DNA from: an uncultured Desulfobacterales bacterium | GTDB taxonomy: Bacteria > Desulfobacterota > DSM-4660 > Desulfatiglandales > HGW-15 | Direction of reading: 5' to 3' | Assembly: GCA_964450535.1 (NCBI GenBank) | Contig: CAYVDE010000001.1 | Coordinates: 50,567 to 114,566, forward strand | DNA length: 64,000 nucleotides | In this document: positions 35,612 through 43,767 of the stretch, one piece after another | How positions within the stretch are numbered: position 1 is the stretch's first letter | Layout: every line of letters begins with the position of its first letter | The notes under the pieces: generated by a model | What the model saw: only the letters and a program-made list of their open reading frames with translations | The model's database searches: none | What the model was told of the DNA's origin: nothing | Made by a program: the position numbers and the translations under genes

Positions 35612-38044
35612 CTAATTCCTAAGCGGCTTTCCGGTCTGCAGCATGTGCTGTATCCGCATCTGGGTCTTGGGTTCCCCGCAGAGACTCAGGAAGGCCTCCC
35701 GCTCGAGATCCAGCAGGTACTGCTCGCTCACCACGGTGTCGGCCAGGACCTCGCCCCCGCAGAGGACGTAACCCACCCTGGTGGAAACTGTTACGTCGTG
35801 ATCCGTGATAAAGCCCGACTCGTGCATCGTCCACAGGCCCAGCTTGATCATGGCGAAGTTGTTCGCGCCCGCAACCCGTATCTCGTCACGGTACATGGGA
35901 GGCTGGTACCCCTCCATGTTCATGGCGATCACGGTCTTTTTGGCGTCTTCTATCTGATAGTCCCGATTCACGGTCATCTTGTCGGTCGGCCTCAGATAAC
36001 CCACCTTCACGGCCTCGGGCCCTGAAGTGGCCACCTTGGCCATGGCAATGGTCTCAAAGGCCCTGGCAATGTAAGGCATGAGTTCGATCTGCTTGGGATA
36101 CAGCCCGCCCCGCGGCACCTCGAAGAGGTGCTCCGTGTTGCGCAGGTAGAGCTCCTTGGTGCCTCCGCCGGCCGGAATGAGGCCCACGCCCACCTCAACG
36201 AGGCCCATGTAGGTCTCGGCGGCGAAGCGCACGCGGTCGGAGGCAAGGCAGATCTCGCAGCCTCCGCCCAAGGCCATGCCGGCCGGGGCCGCCACAACGG
36301 GCTTGTCAAGGTACTTGAGCTTCATGAAGGCGTCCTGAAAGGTCTTGATCATCCAGTCCAGGTCGTCCCACTCCTCTTCCTGGGCCGTGAAAAGGACCAT
36401 GGGCAGATTGGCCCCGGCTGAGAAGTTGGTCCCGTGGTTGGCGATGACAAGGCCGTCGAAATCCTTGGACACGATATCGGCCGCCTTGTAGACCATGGTG
36501 ACGATGTCGTCTCCCATGGCGTTCATCTTGGTGTGGAACTCCAGGCAAGCGACGCCGTCGCCCAGGTCCACAAGAGTGGCGCCCTTGTTGCCGGTCACGG
36601 TCATGTCCCGGTCCTTGAGTGCCGGGAGCAGAATGACGCCCGCCTTTACGGGGACTTCTTTGTAGGTCTTGCCGGCCGGGTCGTAATACAGGGACTTGCC
36701 CGCATCCATCTTGTAAAAGGACTCGTTGCCCTGATCCAGCATTTCCTGGACCCAGCCAGGTATCTCATAACCGGCCTTTTTCATCTTCTTGACGGACGCT
36801 GCAACGCCCAGGGCGTCCCATGCCTCGAACGGACCCATCTTCCAGGCAAAGCCCCACTTCATGGCGTTGTCCACGTTCACGATGTCGTCGGCGATCTCGG
36901 GAATGCGGTTCGCCGAGTAGATGAGCGTCTCGGCCGTCTGGCGGAAAGTGAACTCGCCCGCCTTGTCGTCAGCGTAGAAAAGGGCCTTTATTTTGGCGCC
37001 CGTGCCGGACATGGTCTGTGCCGCTTCAAGGGAAGCGAACTTGACCTTCTCCTGAGGAGTGAACTCCAAAGTCTCCGTGTCGATAGAAAGGATAATCTTC
37101 TTACCCTTCTCGTCCTTTCCCTTCTTGTAAAAACCCTGCTTGGTCTTCTCGCCCAAAAGCTTCTTTTCGAGCATTTTCTTCAAAAGCTCAGGGGGCTTAA
37201 ACGTGTCCCGCTTCTCGTCGTCCGGCGCGCCCTCATAGACGTTTTCCGCCACGTGAAGGAGCGTATCCAGCCCCACCAGGTCGGCGGTTCTGAACGAGGC
37301 GCTCTTGGGGTGCCCTATGACCGGGCCGGTCAGTTTGTCCACGGCCTCTATGGAAAGCCCCAGATCCAGCATGGAACGTATCACATGAAGCATGCTGAAT
37401 ACGCCGATCCTGTTTGCTATGAAGTTGGGGGTGTCCTTTGCCCAGACAACCCCCTTGCCCACCACTTTTTCACAGATCTCGTCCAGCGCCTCGAGCACCT
37501 CGGGCAGGGTGTCCTCGCACGGCACGATCTCCAAAAGCTTCATATACCTGGGAGGGTTGAAAAAATGGGTGATGGCGAAGTGCTTGCGAAAGGCCTCCGA
37601 CCTCCCCTCGCTCATCGCCTTGGCCGATATGCCGGAAGTGTTGGAGGTGACAATGGTGCCGGGACTCAGCACGCCTTCGATCTTTTCAAAGACCTTTTTC
37701 TTGATGTCGAGCCTCTCAACCACCACCTCGATAATCCAGTCCACCTCCCGAAGGCGCTCCAGATCGTCCTCGAGGTTCCCGATCTCCACCCGCTTGGCGT
37801 ACTCAGAGATGTAAAAGGACGCCGGCCGGCTCTTGAGAGCTGTCTCCAAGCCCTGACGGGCAAGTTTGTTTCTAAACTCTTTGCTCTCTTCCGTGAGCCC
37901 TTTCTTGCGGTCCTCGTCGGTCAGTTCAGGAGGGACGATGTCCAGGAGCAGGGTCTCAATGCCCACGTTCGCGAGCTGGGCGGCGATGGTCGCTCCCATG
38001 ACGCCGGCCCCTATGACCCCGGCCCGTTTGATCTTGCTGCTCAT
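35612..38044 (-). CDS. bifunctional 3-hydroxyacyl-CoA dehydrogenase / enoyl-CoA hydratase (FadB/FadJ-like, HAD domain first)
   Basis: AGVIGAGVMGATIAAQLA Rossmann motif at the N-terminus. Crotonase-like ALGGGCEICLASD in the C-terminal third. Start trimmed to MSSKIK (ATG 38044, RBS GGAGG). Confidence 0.9.
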   Translation of the reverse strand: MSSKIKRAGVIGAGVMGATIAAQLANVGIETLLLDIVPPELTDEDRKKGLTEESKEFRNKLARQGLETALKSRPASFYISEYAKRVEIGNLEDDLERLREVDWIIEVVVERLDIKKKVFEKIEGVLSPGTIVTSNTSGISAKAMSEGRSEAFRKHFAITHFFNPPRYMKLLEIVPCEDTLPEVLEALDEICEKVVGKGVVWAKDTPNFIANRIGVFSMLHVIRSMLDLGLSIEAVDKLTGPVIGHPKSASFRTADLVGLDTLLHVAENVYEGAPDDEKRDTFKPPELLKKMLEKKLLGEKTKQGFYKKGKDEKGKKIILSIDTETLEFTPQEKVKFASLEAAQTMSGTGAKIKALFYADDKAGEFTFRQTAETLIYSANRIPEIADDIVNVDNAMKWGFAWKMGPFEAWDALGVAASVKKMKKAGYEIPGWVQEMLDQGNESFYKMDAGKSLYYDPAGKTYKEVPVKAGVILLPALKDRDMTVTGNKGATLVDLGDGVACLEFHTKMNAMGDDIVTMVYKAADIVSKDFDGLVIANHGTNFSAGANLPMVLFTAQEEEWDDLDWMIKTFQDAFMKLKYLDKPVVAAPAGMALGGGCEICLASDRVRFAAETYMGLVEVGVGLIPAGGGTKELYLRNTEHLFEVPRGGLYPKQIELMPYIARAFETIAMAKVATSGPEAVKVGYLRPTDKMTVNRDYQIEDAKKTVIAMNMEGYQPPMYRDEIRVAGANNFAMIKLGLWTMHESGFITDHDVTVSTRVGYVLCGGEVLADTVVSEQYLLDLEREAFLSLCGEPKTQMRIQHMLQTGKPLRN

Positions 38045-38127
38045 AAGGAGACCTCCTTCTCGTTGATCAATGATCCTTGCCTTGCTCCCCGGTCCATTCA
38101 AAGCGCCTCTGTACCCGCCGGCTGAAA

Positions 38128-38145
38128 TGAATGAACATTCATTCA
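38128..38145. promoter_or_regulatory. perfect 8-2-8 palindrome TGAATGAA-CA-TTCATTCA, candidate operator upstream of the beta-oxidation genes
   Basis: Read directly from the sequence. It lies 84-101 nt upstream of the fadB-like ATG. Confidence 0.4.
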
Positions 38146-38207
38146 CAAAAATCTAACACACGCCGTTTTCCCAAGTCAACTGTTTTTAGGAAAAGGGGGA
38201 AAGGGCC

Positions 38208-38237
38208 GTGATTCGTGACTCGTGATTCGTGGCTCGT
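38208..38237. repeat. (GTGAYTC)x4 tandem heptamer (reverse complement of the CACGAAT family)
   Basis: gtgattc gtgactc gtgattc gtggctc, between the SDR and fadB-like genes. Confidence 0.85.
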
Positions 38238-38297
38238 AAAAAAACGGTAGCTCCATGGTTTTAGGGTTTCCCTCAACACATCACCTCAACAGCTAAT

Positions 38298-39062
38298 TTA
38301 AACCATCGCCCCCCCATCCACAGTAACCACCTCCCCGGTGATGTACTCGGCCCATGATGAGCAAAGAAACAGGACGGCTCCCACCACGTCCCCGGTCTCA
38401 GCTATGCGTCCCATGGGGATTGTGGCGGTGAGATCCGCCAGCAGGGAATCATTCCCCCAGAACGGCTTGCTGAACCCAGTACGTATCATTCCCGGGGCCA
38501 CGGCGTTCACGCTGATCCGCTCGGAGGCGAGCTCTTTTGCCAGCACCCGAGTCAGCATTTCCAGCCCTGCCTTGGCCACGCAGTAAACCCCCATGCCCGG
38601 AGACGCCCTGCGAGCTGCGATGGACGAGATATTCACAATCCGTCCCCCGCCCTGCCCCTTCATCAGGGGAACCGCCCTGCGTGAGGCAAGGAAGGCGCTC
38701 TTGAGGTTGCCCTCCAGGATCTTGTCCCAGAGGCCCTCGTCCAGGTCGGCCACAGAAGGGGTAGGCAGGTTCATGCCCACGTTGTTGATGAGAATGTCCA
38801 GCCGGCCGAAGTTCTCCTTGATATCCTCGAAAAGGGCGTCCACCTGCTCGGACTTTCCCATGTGGGCCTGCCGCGCATAGGCCTTAAGTCCTTTGTCCTC
38901 CAGTTCCTGAACAGCCGCGTCCAGGTTTTCCTGCTTTCGGCCGCAGATTTCGACCTGCGCGCCTTTTTCTGCCAGTGCCGCGGCAATGGACAGCCCGAGA
39001 CCGCGGCTGCCGCCGGTTACAAGGGCTGTTTTTCCGGTGAAATCGATAGATCGCGTTTCCAT
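38298..39062 (-). CDS. SDR-family oxidoreductase
   Basis: VTGGSRGLGLSIA and YCVAKAGL (YxxxK). Confidence 0.85.
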   Translation of the reverse strand: METRSIDFTGKTALVTGGSRGLGLSIAAALAEKGAQVEICGRKQENLDAAVQELEDKGLKAYARQAHMGKSEQVDALFEDIKENFGRLDILINNVGMNLPTPSVADLDEGLWDKILEGNLKSAFLASRRAVPLMKGQGGGRIVNISSIAARRASPGMGVYCVAKAGLEMLTRVLAKELASERISVNAVAPGMIRTGFSKPFWGNDSLLADLTATIPMGRIAETGDVVGAVLFLCSSWAEYITGEVVTVDGGAMV

Positions 39063-39198
39063 GACACCTCCCAGAATAAGAAAATCTTCGCTTAAGCCTT
39101 TCTTAATGTTCCGGCGGCCAATGTATCATGAAACCTGTTTCGCTTCAAAGCCGGTGAACCCCAAGCCTACCATTAATCCGCCCCTAACTCCTCTATTT

Positions 39199-39224
39199 AT
39201 TCGTGTGATTCGTGTGATTCGTAG
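39199..39224. repeat. (ATTCGTGTG)x2.9 tandem nonamer
   Basis: attcgtgtg attcgtgtg attcgtag, upstream of the SDR gene. Confidence 0.8.
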
Positions 39225-39462
39225 TTTGTATATATTCTTTTCAATTCTTCGTGCCCCTCACGGCCTCCGTTGTAAAATAACTCATACAAGGATGAACCAG
39301 GGATTCCGCTTGCACGAAGAGGCCGAAATTGTTTATGCTTTTTTTCTCAGGCATCCCGGCACGATTTTCCTGTTCCGGTTTCTCTTAAAGGCTCCATAAC
39401 CTTTGGCCTGAGAAGCATGCCTTTTTAAGACCCCGAACGCCCTTTTCCCGGAGGCAATTACA

Positions 39463-40800
39463 ATGCGATTCGTGATCATCGGAGGCGACGCCGCAGGCAT
39501 GAGCGCGGCGAGCCGCGCCCGGCGAAACCAAAAGGACCTGGAAATCGTGGTCCTTGAACAAACCATGGACGTATCATACAGCGCCTGTGGCATGCCCTAC
39601 AACCTGGCCGACCCTGAACGGCGCATGGATGACCTGGTGGTTCGTGAGGCCACGGTCTTTCGTGAAAAGCAGGGAATCGACCTCCGGATGGGGCACAGGA
39701 TGGATGCCATTGACCGTGAATCCCGGGCGGTCAGCGGCCGGACCTCTGACGGTCAACCCTTTGAGGTGGCCTATGACAAACTCCTGATAGCCACCGGCGC
39801 ATCACCCCTTATTCCGGATATCGAAGGGACCGACCTTCCCGGCGTGATGGCCCTCAAGTCGCTTGATGACGGCCGCCGGATCAAGCAATACATTTCCGAG
39901 CATAAAGTGCGGAGCGCGGTCGTCATAGGAATGGGCTATATAGGTATGGAAATGGCCGAGGCCTTTTTCGAACGGGGCGTCCGGGTGGAGATGGTGAAAC
40001 CCAGGCCCCGGGTCCTGCGCTGGATGCCCGAGGCCCTCTCGGTAAAGATCGTGGAGGAGCTGGAAAGGCATCTTGTGCGCATCCACACGGGTGAGGAGGT
40101 TCTTGCCATTGGAAAAAGTGACGCCGGGCTTCAAGTGGTATGCTCCAATAAGAGTTTTGAGGCCGACCTCGTCCTTTTCGCCATAGGGGTCCGCCCCAAC
40201 AGCAGGCCCGCGGAAAAGGCCGGCCTGGAGCTGGGGCCCGGCGACTCCATAGCCGTGGACCGGGCCCTTCGAACCTCGGACCCGGACATCTACGCCGCCG
40301 GCGACTGCGCCGACGCCTTTCACGTGGTAACCGGAGAACGCACATGGATCCCCCTCGCGCTTCGTGCCAACAGGGGCGGCAGGGCCGTGGGCGACCACGT
40401 CACCGGCCGTGAGGTGTCTGTGGACGGTGTGGCAGGCACCGCCGTCTTCAAGGTATTCGACCTCCAGGTGGCCCGGACCGGCCTCTCAGTAAACGAGGCG
40501 CAAAAGGCGGGCTTCGATCCGGTGGAAGCGGTCATCTTCGCCCGAAGCCGTGCCCATGCCCACCCCGGGGCCTCTCAGATCGGGGTGCAGATGGTCGGGG
40601 ACCGGACCTCCGGCCGGCTCCTGGGGGTCCAGATGGTAGGGAAAGAAGGGGTCGCCCATCGCATCGACGCTCCGGCCGTGGCCCTTCACGCCGGCATGAC
40701 CGTGGAGCAGTTCCACGAGTGCGACCTGGCTTACGCCCCGCCCTTCGGCGGCACCTGGGACCCCATGCATATCGCGGCACAGCAGGTCATGAAAAAGTAG
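39463..40800 (+). CDS. pyridine nucleotide-disulfide oxidoreductase (CoA-disulfide reductase / NADH oxidase family)
   Basis: FAD motif IIGGDAAGMSAA and the single redox Cys in SYSACGMPY. Confidence 0.8.
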   Translation: MRFVIIGGDAAGMSAASRARRNQKDLEIVVLEQTMDVSYSACGMPYNLADPERRMDDLVVREATVFREKQGIDLRMGHRMDAIDRESRAVSGRTSDGQPFEVAYDKLLIATGASPLIPDIEGTDLPGVMALKSLDDGRRIKQYISEHKVRSAVVIGMGYIGMEMAEAFFERGVRVEMVKPRPRVLRWMPEALSVKIVEELERHLVRIHTGEEVLAIGKSDAGLQVVCSNKSFEADLVLFAIGVRPNSRPAEKAGLELGPGDSIAVDRALRTSDPDIYAAGDCADAFHVVTGERTWIPLALRANRGGRAVGDHVTGREVSVDGVAGTAVFKVFDLQVARTGLSVNEAQKAGFDPVEAVIFARSRAHAHPGASQIGVQMVGDRTSGRLLGVQMVGKEGVAHRIDAPAVALHAGMTVEQFHECDLAYAPPFGGTWDPMHIAAQQVMKK

Positions 40801-40835
40801 GTTAGCTCTCCAGTGGCGGGATAAGCGGATTTTAT

Positions 40836-41744
40836 ATGGAGCAGATCCTAAAAGATCTCATTCGCCTGACCGGTGAGGTGTCGCGGGGCAGTTACGACAA
40901 CGCCCGCGAGATATTTGAGCTCACCAAAGAAGACAGCTATCCCGGACTCGTATCTGAACTGGCCGAATCCTTCGGCATGATGCTGGTCCAGATCGAGGCC
41001 AGGGAATACCGCCTCGAGCAGATGATTGAAGACCTCAACCGGAAAAACATCGAACTGGCAGAGACCCTCAGCAAGGTCGAGCTCCTTGAAAACATCAAGA
41101 CCCACCTGGGCAAGTTCGTGCCCGAATCGGTCAGGCGTTTGATCGAATCAAAGCCCGACTCCCCGGACCTAAAGAAGAAAAGTGCGGACGTGTCGGTCCT
41201 CTTCCTTGATGTGGCCGGTTACACCCGCATGAGCGAGACCGTGGCCCCCGACAAGATGAACACGCTCATCGAGACCTACTTCTCGAGCTTCCTGGACCAC
41301 ATCCACCAGAACAAGGGCGACATCAACGAGACCGCCGGTGACGGGCTCATGATCATTTTCCAGGACCCGGATCGCCGGCGACACGCCCTTAACGCCCTGA
41401 ATACAGCCCTGGCCGTCCAAGAACGGACCGCCATCATCAACCGCGATCTTCAAGGCCGTTTCGAGCCGGTAGTGGTAAACATAGGGATTAACTCGGGAGC
41501 TGCCTCCGTGGGCTCGACCTGCTTCGAGGGCATAACGGGGACACGGTGGACCTACACGGCCTCGGGACCCGTGACCAATCTGGCCGCGCGCATAGGGGCC
41601 CTGGCCCGCGACGGGGAGATACTCATAGGCGAGGAGACGGCCCGCAGGGTGGAAAACGGCTTTTTCCTGGAATCAACAGGCTTACACATGCTCAAGAACG
41701 TAAAAGACCAGGTGGAGATCTTCCGGGTCCTATTAGACACATAA
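40836..41744 (+). CDS. class III adenylate/guanylate cyclase with N-terminal coiled-coil
   Basis: VSVLFLDVAGYTRMSE and ETAGDGLMIIF catalytic signatures. Confidence 0.8.
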   Translation: MEQILKDLIRLTGEVSRGSYDNAREIFELTKEDSYPGLVSELAESFGMMLVQIEAREYRLEQMIEDLNRKNIELAETLSKVELLENIKTHLGKFVPESVRRLIESKPDSPDLKKKSADVSVLFLDVAGYTRMSETVAPDKMNTLIETYFSSFLDHIHQNKGDINETAGDGLMIIFQDPDRRRHALNALNTALAVQERTAIINRDLQGRFEPVVVNIGINSGAASVGSTCFEGITGTRWTYTASGPVTNLAARIGALARDGEILIGEETARRVENGFFLESTGLHMLKNVKDQVEIFRVLLDT

Positions 41745-41833
41745 ACACCCTTTTTGTTTTTGTTGTCTGGCTCCAACACCTCAACTGCCCAACAGCGCCC
41801 GCCCTGGGGGCGTGTTTTGCTAACCAAACGCCC

Positions 41834-41862
41834 GGCCTGGAATTTTTCTTGAATTCCAGGCC
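41834..41862 (+). terminator. 11-bp perfect hairpin GGCCTGGAATT-N7-AATTCCAGGCC after the cyclase gene
   Basis: Read from the sequence. The tail TCTTGTCT is only moderately U-rich. Confidence 0.4.
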
Positions 41863-41944
41863 TCTTGTCTATAGGCTTCACGCATGATTTCAACCGTTCA
41901 TTTTTTCTGCGCTCTCTGCGCCTTGGCGGGAGGCAAAAGGTTTC

Positions 41945-42274
41945 ATGGAATTGACCAACAGGAAAGAGGGTAACGCCCTTGTCATTTCGGTAAAAGGTCG
42001 AATGGACGCCGTGACCTCGCCTGAGTTCGAGAAGTCGGTGGAGACGCTGATGGGAGATGGAGAGTCGGTTTTCGTGATCGACCTGGCGGATCTCGACTAC
42101 ATCAGCAGCGCGGGTCTTCGAAGCATCCTCGCCCTGGCCAAGAAGCTCAAGACCGGCGGCGGCTCACTCCATCTGGCCGCGCTTCAAGCCGCGGTGAAGG
42201 AAGTCTTCGACATATCGGGGTTCAGCTCCATCATCCCCATCTCCGAATCCGTCGAAGCCGCCATCAGCGCCTGA
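41945..42274 (+). CDS. STAS-domain anti-sigma-factor antagonist (SpoIIAA/RsbV-like)
   Basis: 109 aa with the conserved phosphorylatable-Ser context DLDYISSAGLR. Confidence 0.85.
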   Translation: MELTNRKEGNALVISVKGRMDAVTSPEFEKSVETLMGDGESVFVIDLADLDYISSAGLRSILALAKKLKTGGGSLHLAALQAAVKEVFDISGFSSIIPISESVEAAISA

Positions 42275-42278
42275 CATC

Positions 42279-42725
42279 ATGCCTGAAATCCGACGCCCGG
42301 CAAAGCTCGAGAATCTTCAAGACCTCATGGCCTTTATTTCCGATTGCGCCGAGGCCGGAGGTTTTCCTCCCAAGCGAATCAGCGAGATTCAACTGGCCGC
42401 TGAGGAGGCCCTGGTCAACATCTTCAACTACGCATACCCAGAAAACCGTGACGGCGAGGTGCGAATCCAGTGCGGCCCCGGTGAGAAAGACCGCCTTGAA
42501 ATAGAGTTCCGGGACAGGGGGATTCCATACTCCTTTGAAGACCTGGGGCATCCGGACGTGTCCGCTCCCGTGACGGACAGGCAGATCGGCGGCCTGGGGA
42601 TCCTCCTTATCCGGAAAATGGTGGACGACGTCCGATTCCGAAGGGAAGACGACGAAAACATTCTCACCTTCATCCTTAAACCTCGCGACCGGGACGATGA
42701 ACCGGGTCCGCGGCAACATTCCTGA
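42279..42725 (+). CDS. RsbW/SpoIIAB-like serine kinase (HATPase_c)
   Basis: N-box EEALVNIFNYA and G-box IGGLGILLIRKMVD. Confidence 0.8.
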   Translation: MPEIRRPAKLENLQDLMAFISDCAEAGGFPPKRISEIQLAAEEALVNIFNYAYPENRDGEVRIQCGPGEKDRLEIEFRDRGIPYSFEDLGHPDVSAPVTDRQIGGLGILLIRKMVDDVRFRREDDENILTFILKPRDRDDEPGPRQHS

Positions 42726-43767
42726 CGCCATGCGCCTTGTAAACGGACCAGCATGCTCGGCCCACCATCGTGCAGCCTGCCGCCTCCTTCTCCTCGGCTT
42801 CGCACTTGTACTACTGATTATACCGTCCCCTGCGCATAGCGGGGAAGGGCAGCACCTCAAGCCGGCCGTCTTTCTGCCTCAATGGGTCCCGCAGGCCCAG
42901 TTCGCCGGCTACTATGTAGCCCTGGACCGCGGCATCTACCAAAAGCACGGCATCGATTTGAAGATCCTCACAGGCGGGCCCGACAGGCCTGCGGACGACT
43001 ACCTCAAGGAGCACAAGGTCGATTTCGCCACACTCTGGTTATCAACGACCATCCCCATGCGCGCCGAAGGCATCCCGATCATCAACCTGGCACAGATAAT
43101 GCAGCATTCCGCACTCATGCTCGTCGCCAAAAAATCGAGCGGTGTCATCGAACCCCGGGACATGCAGGGAAAAAAGGTGGGGCTATGGGGCCCCGTGTTC
43201 CAGATTCAGCCCCGGGCCTTTTTCAGAAAATACGGCATTGACGTGGAGGTAATCAGGCAATCATTTTCCGTCAACCTCTTCCTCCGGGACGGCGTGGATG
43301 TGGCCTCGGCCATGTGGTACAACGAGTATCACACTATTCTGAACTCCGGGCTGAACCAGGAAGAACTCAGCACGTTCTTCTTTCATGAACACGGGCTCAA
43401 TTTCCCGGAGGACGGGATTTACACCCTGGAAGAGACCCGGAACCGTGATCCGGAGCTGTGCAAGGCCTTTGTCAGGGCCTCCATCGAAGGCTGGCAGTAC
43501 GCCTTCAGCCATCCTGAAAAGGCCCTGGACATCGTCATGAGCAACCTCAAGGCCGCGCGCATACCGGCTACGCGCGTCCACCAGCGGTGGATGCTCAAAC
43601 GTATGCGCGACCTTATTCAACCGGAAGGATCAAAGGTGCCCATGGGCACGCTCAACAGGGAAGACTTCCTGCGGGTCGCCGACGGCCTTCTGGAAAACGG
43701 CATGATGGAAACGATCCCCGAATTCGACGACTTTTACCAGAACTGCACAGGCCATGCTGAAGAATAG
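42697..43767 (+). CDS. periplasmic NMT1/SsuA-type substrate-binding protein
   Basis: Signal-like LLLLGFALVLLIIPSPAHS and WVPQAQFAGYYVALDRGIYQKHGIDL. Alternative ATG at 42730. It overlaps both neighbouring genes. Confidence 0.7.
   Translation: MNRVRGNIPDAMRLVNGPACSAHHRAACRLLLLGFALVLLIIPSPAHSGEGQHLKPAVFLPQWVPQAQFAGYYVALDRGIYQKHGIDLKILTGGPDRPADDYLKEHKVDFATLWLSTTIPMRAEGIPIINLAQIMQHSALMLVAKKSSGVIEPRDMQGKKVGLWGPVFQIQPRAFFRKYGIDVEVIRQSFSVNLFLRDGVDVASAMWYNEYHTILNSGLNQEELSTFFFHEHGLNFPEDGIYTLEETRNRDPELCKAFVRASIEGWQYAFSHPEKALDIVMSNLKAARIPATRVHQRWMLKRMRDLIQPEGSKVPMGTLNREDFLRVADGLLENGMMETIPEFDDFYQNCTGHAEE

Noticed and set aside
33559-35622. 687-aa plus-strand ORF, the longest in the track
   Set aside because: It lies entirely antisense to the well-supported ACAD and thiolase genes. 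The sequence is low-complexity (rich in H, L, G, R, A) with no motif. This is a typical shadow ORF of GC-rich DNA.
36434-38125. 563-aa plus-strand ORF
   Set aside because: Antisense shadow of the fadB-like gene; no recognisable domain.
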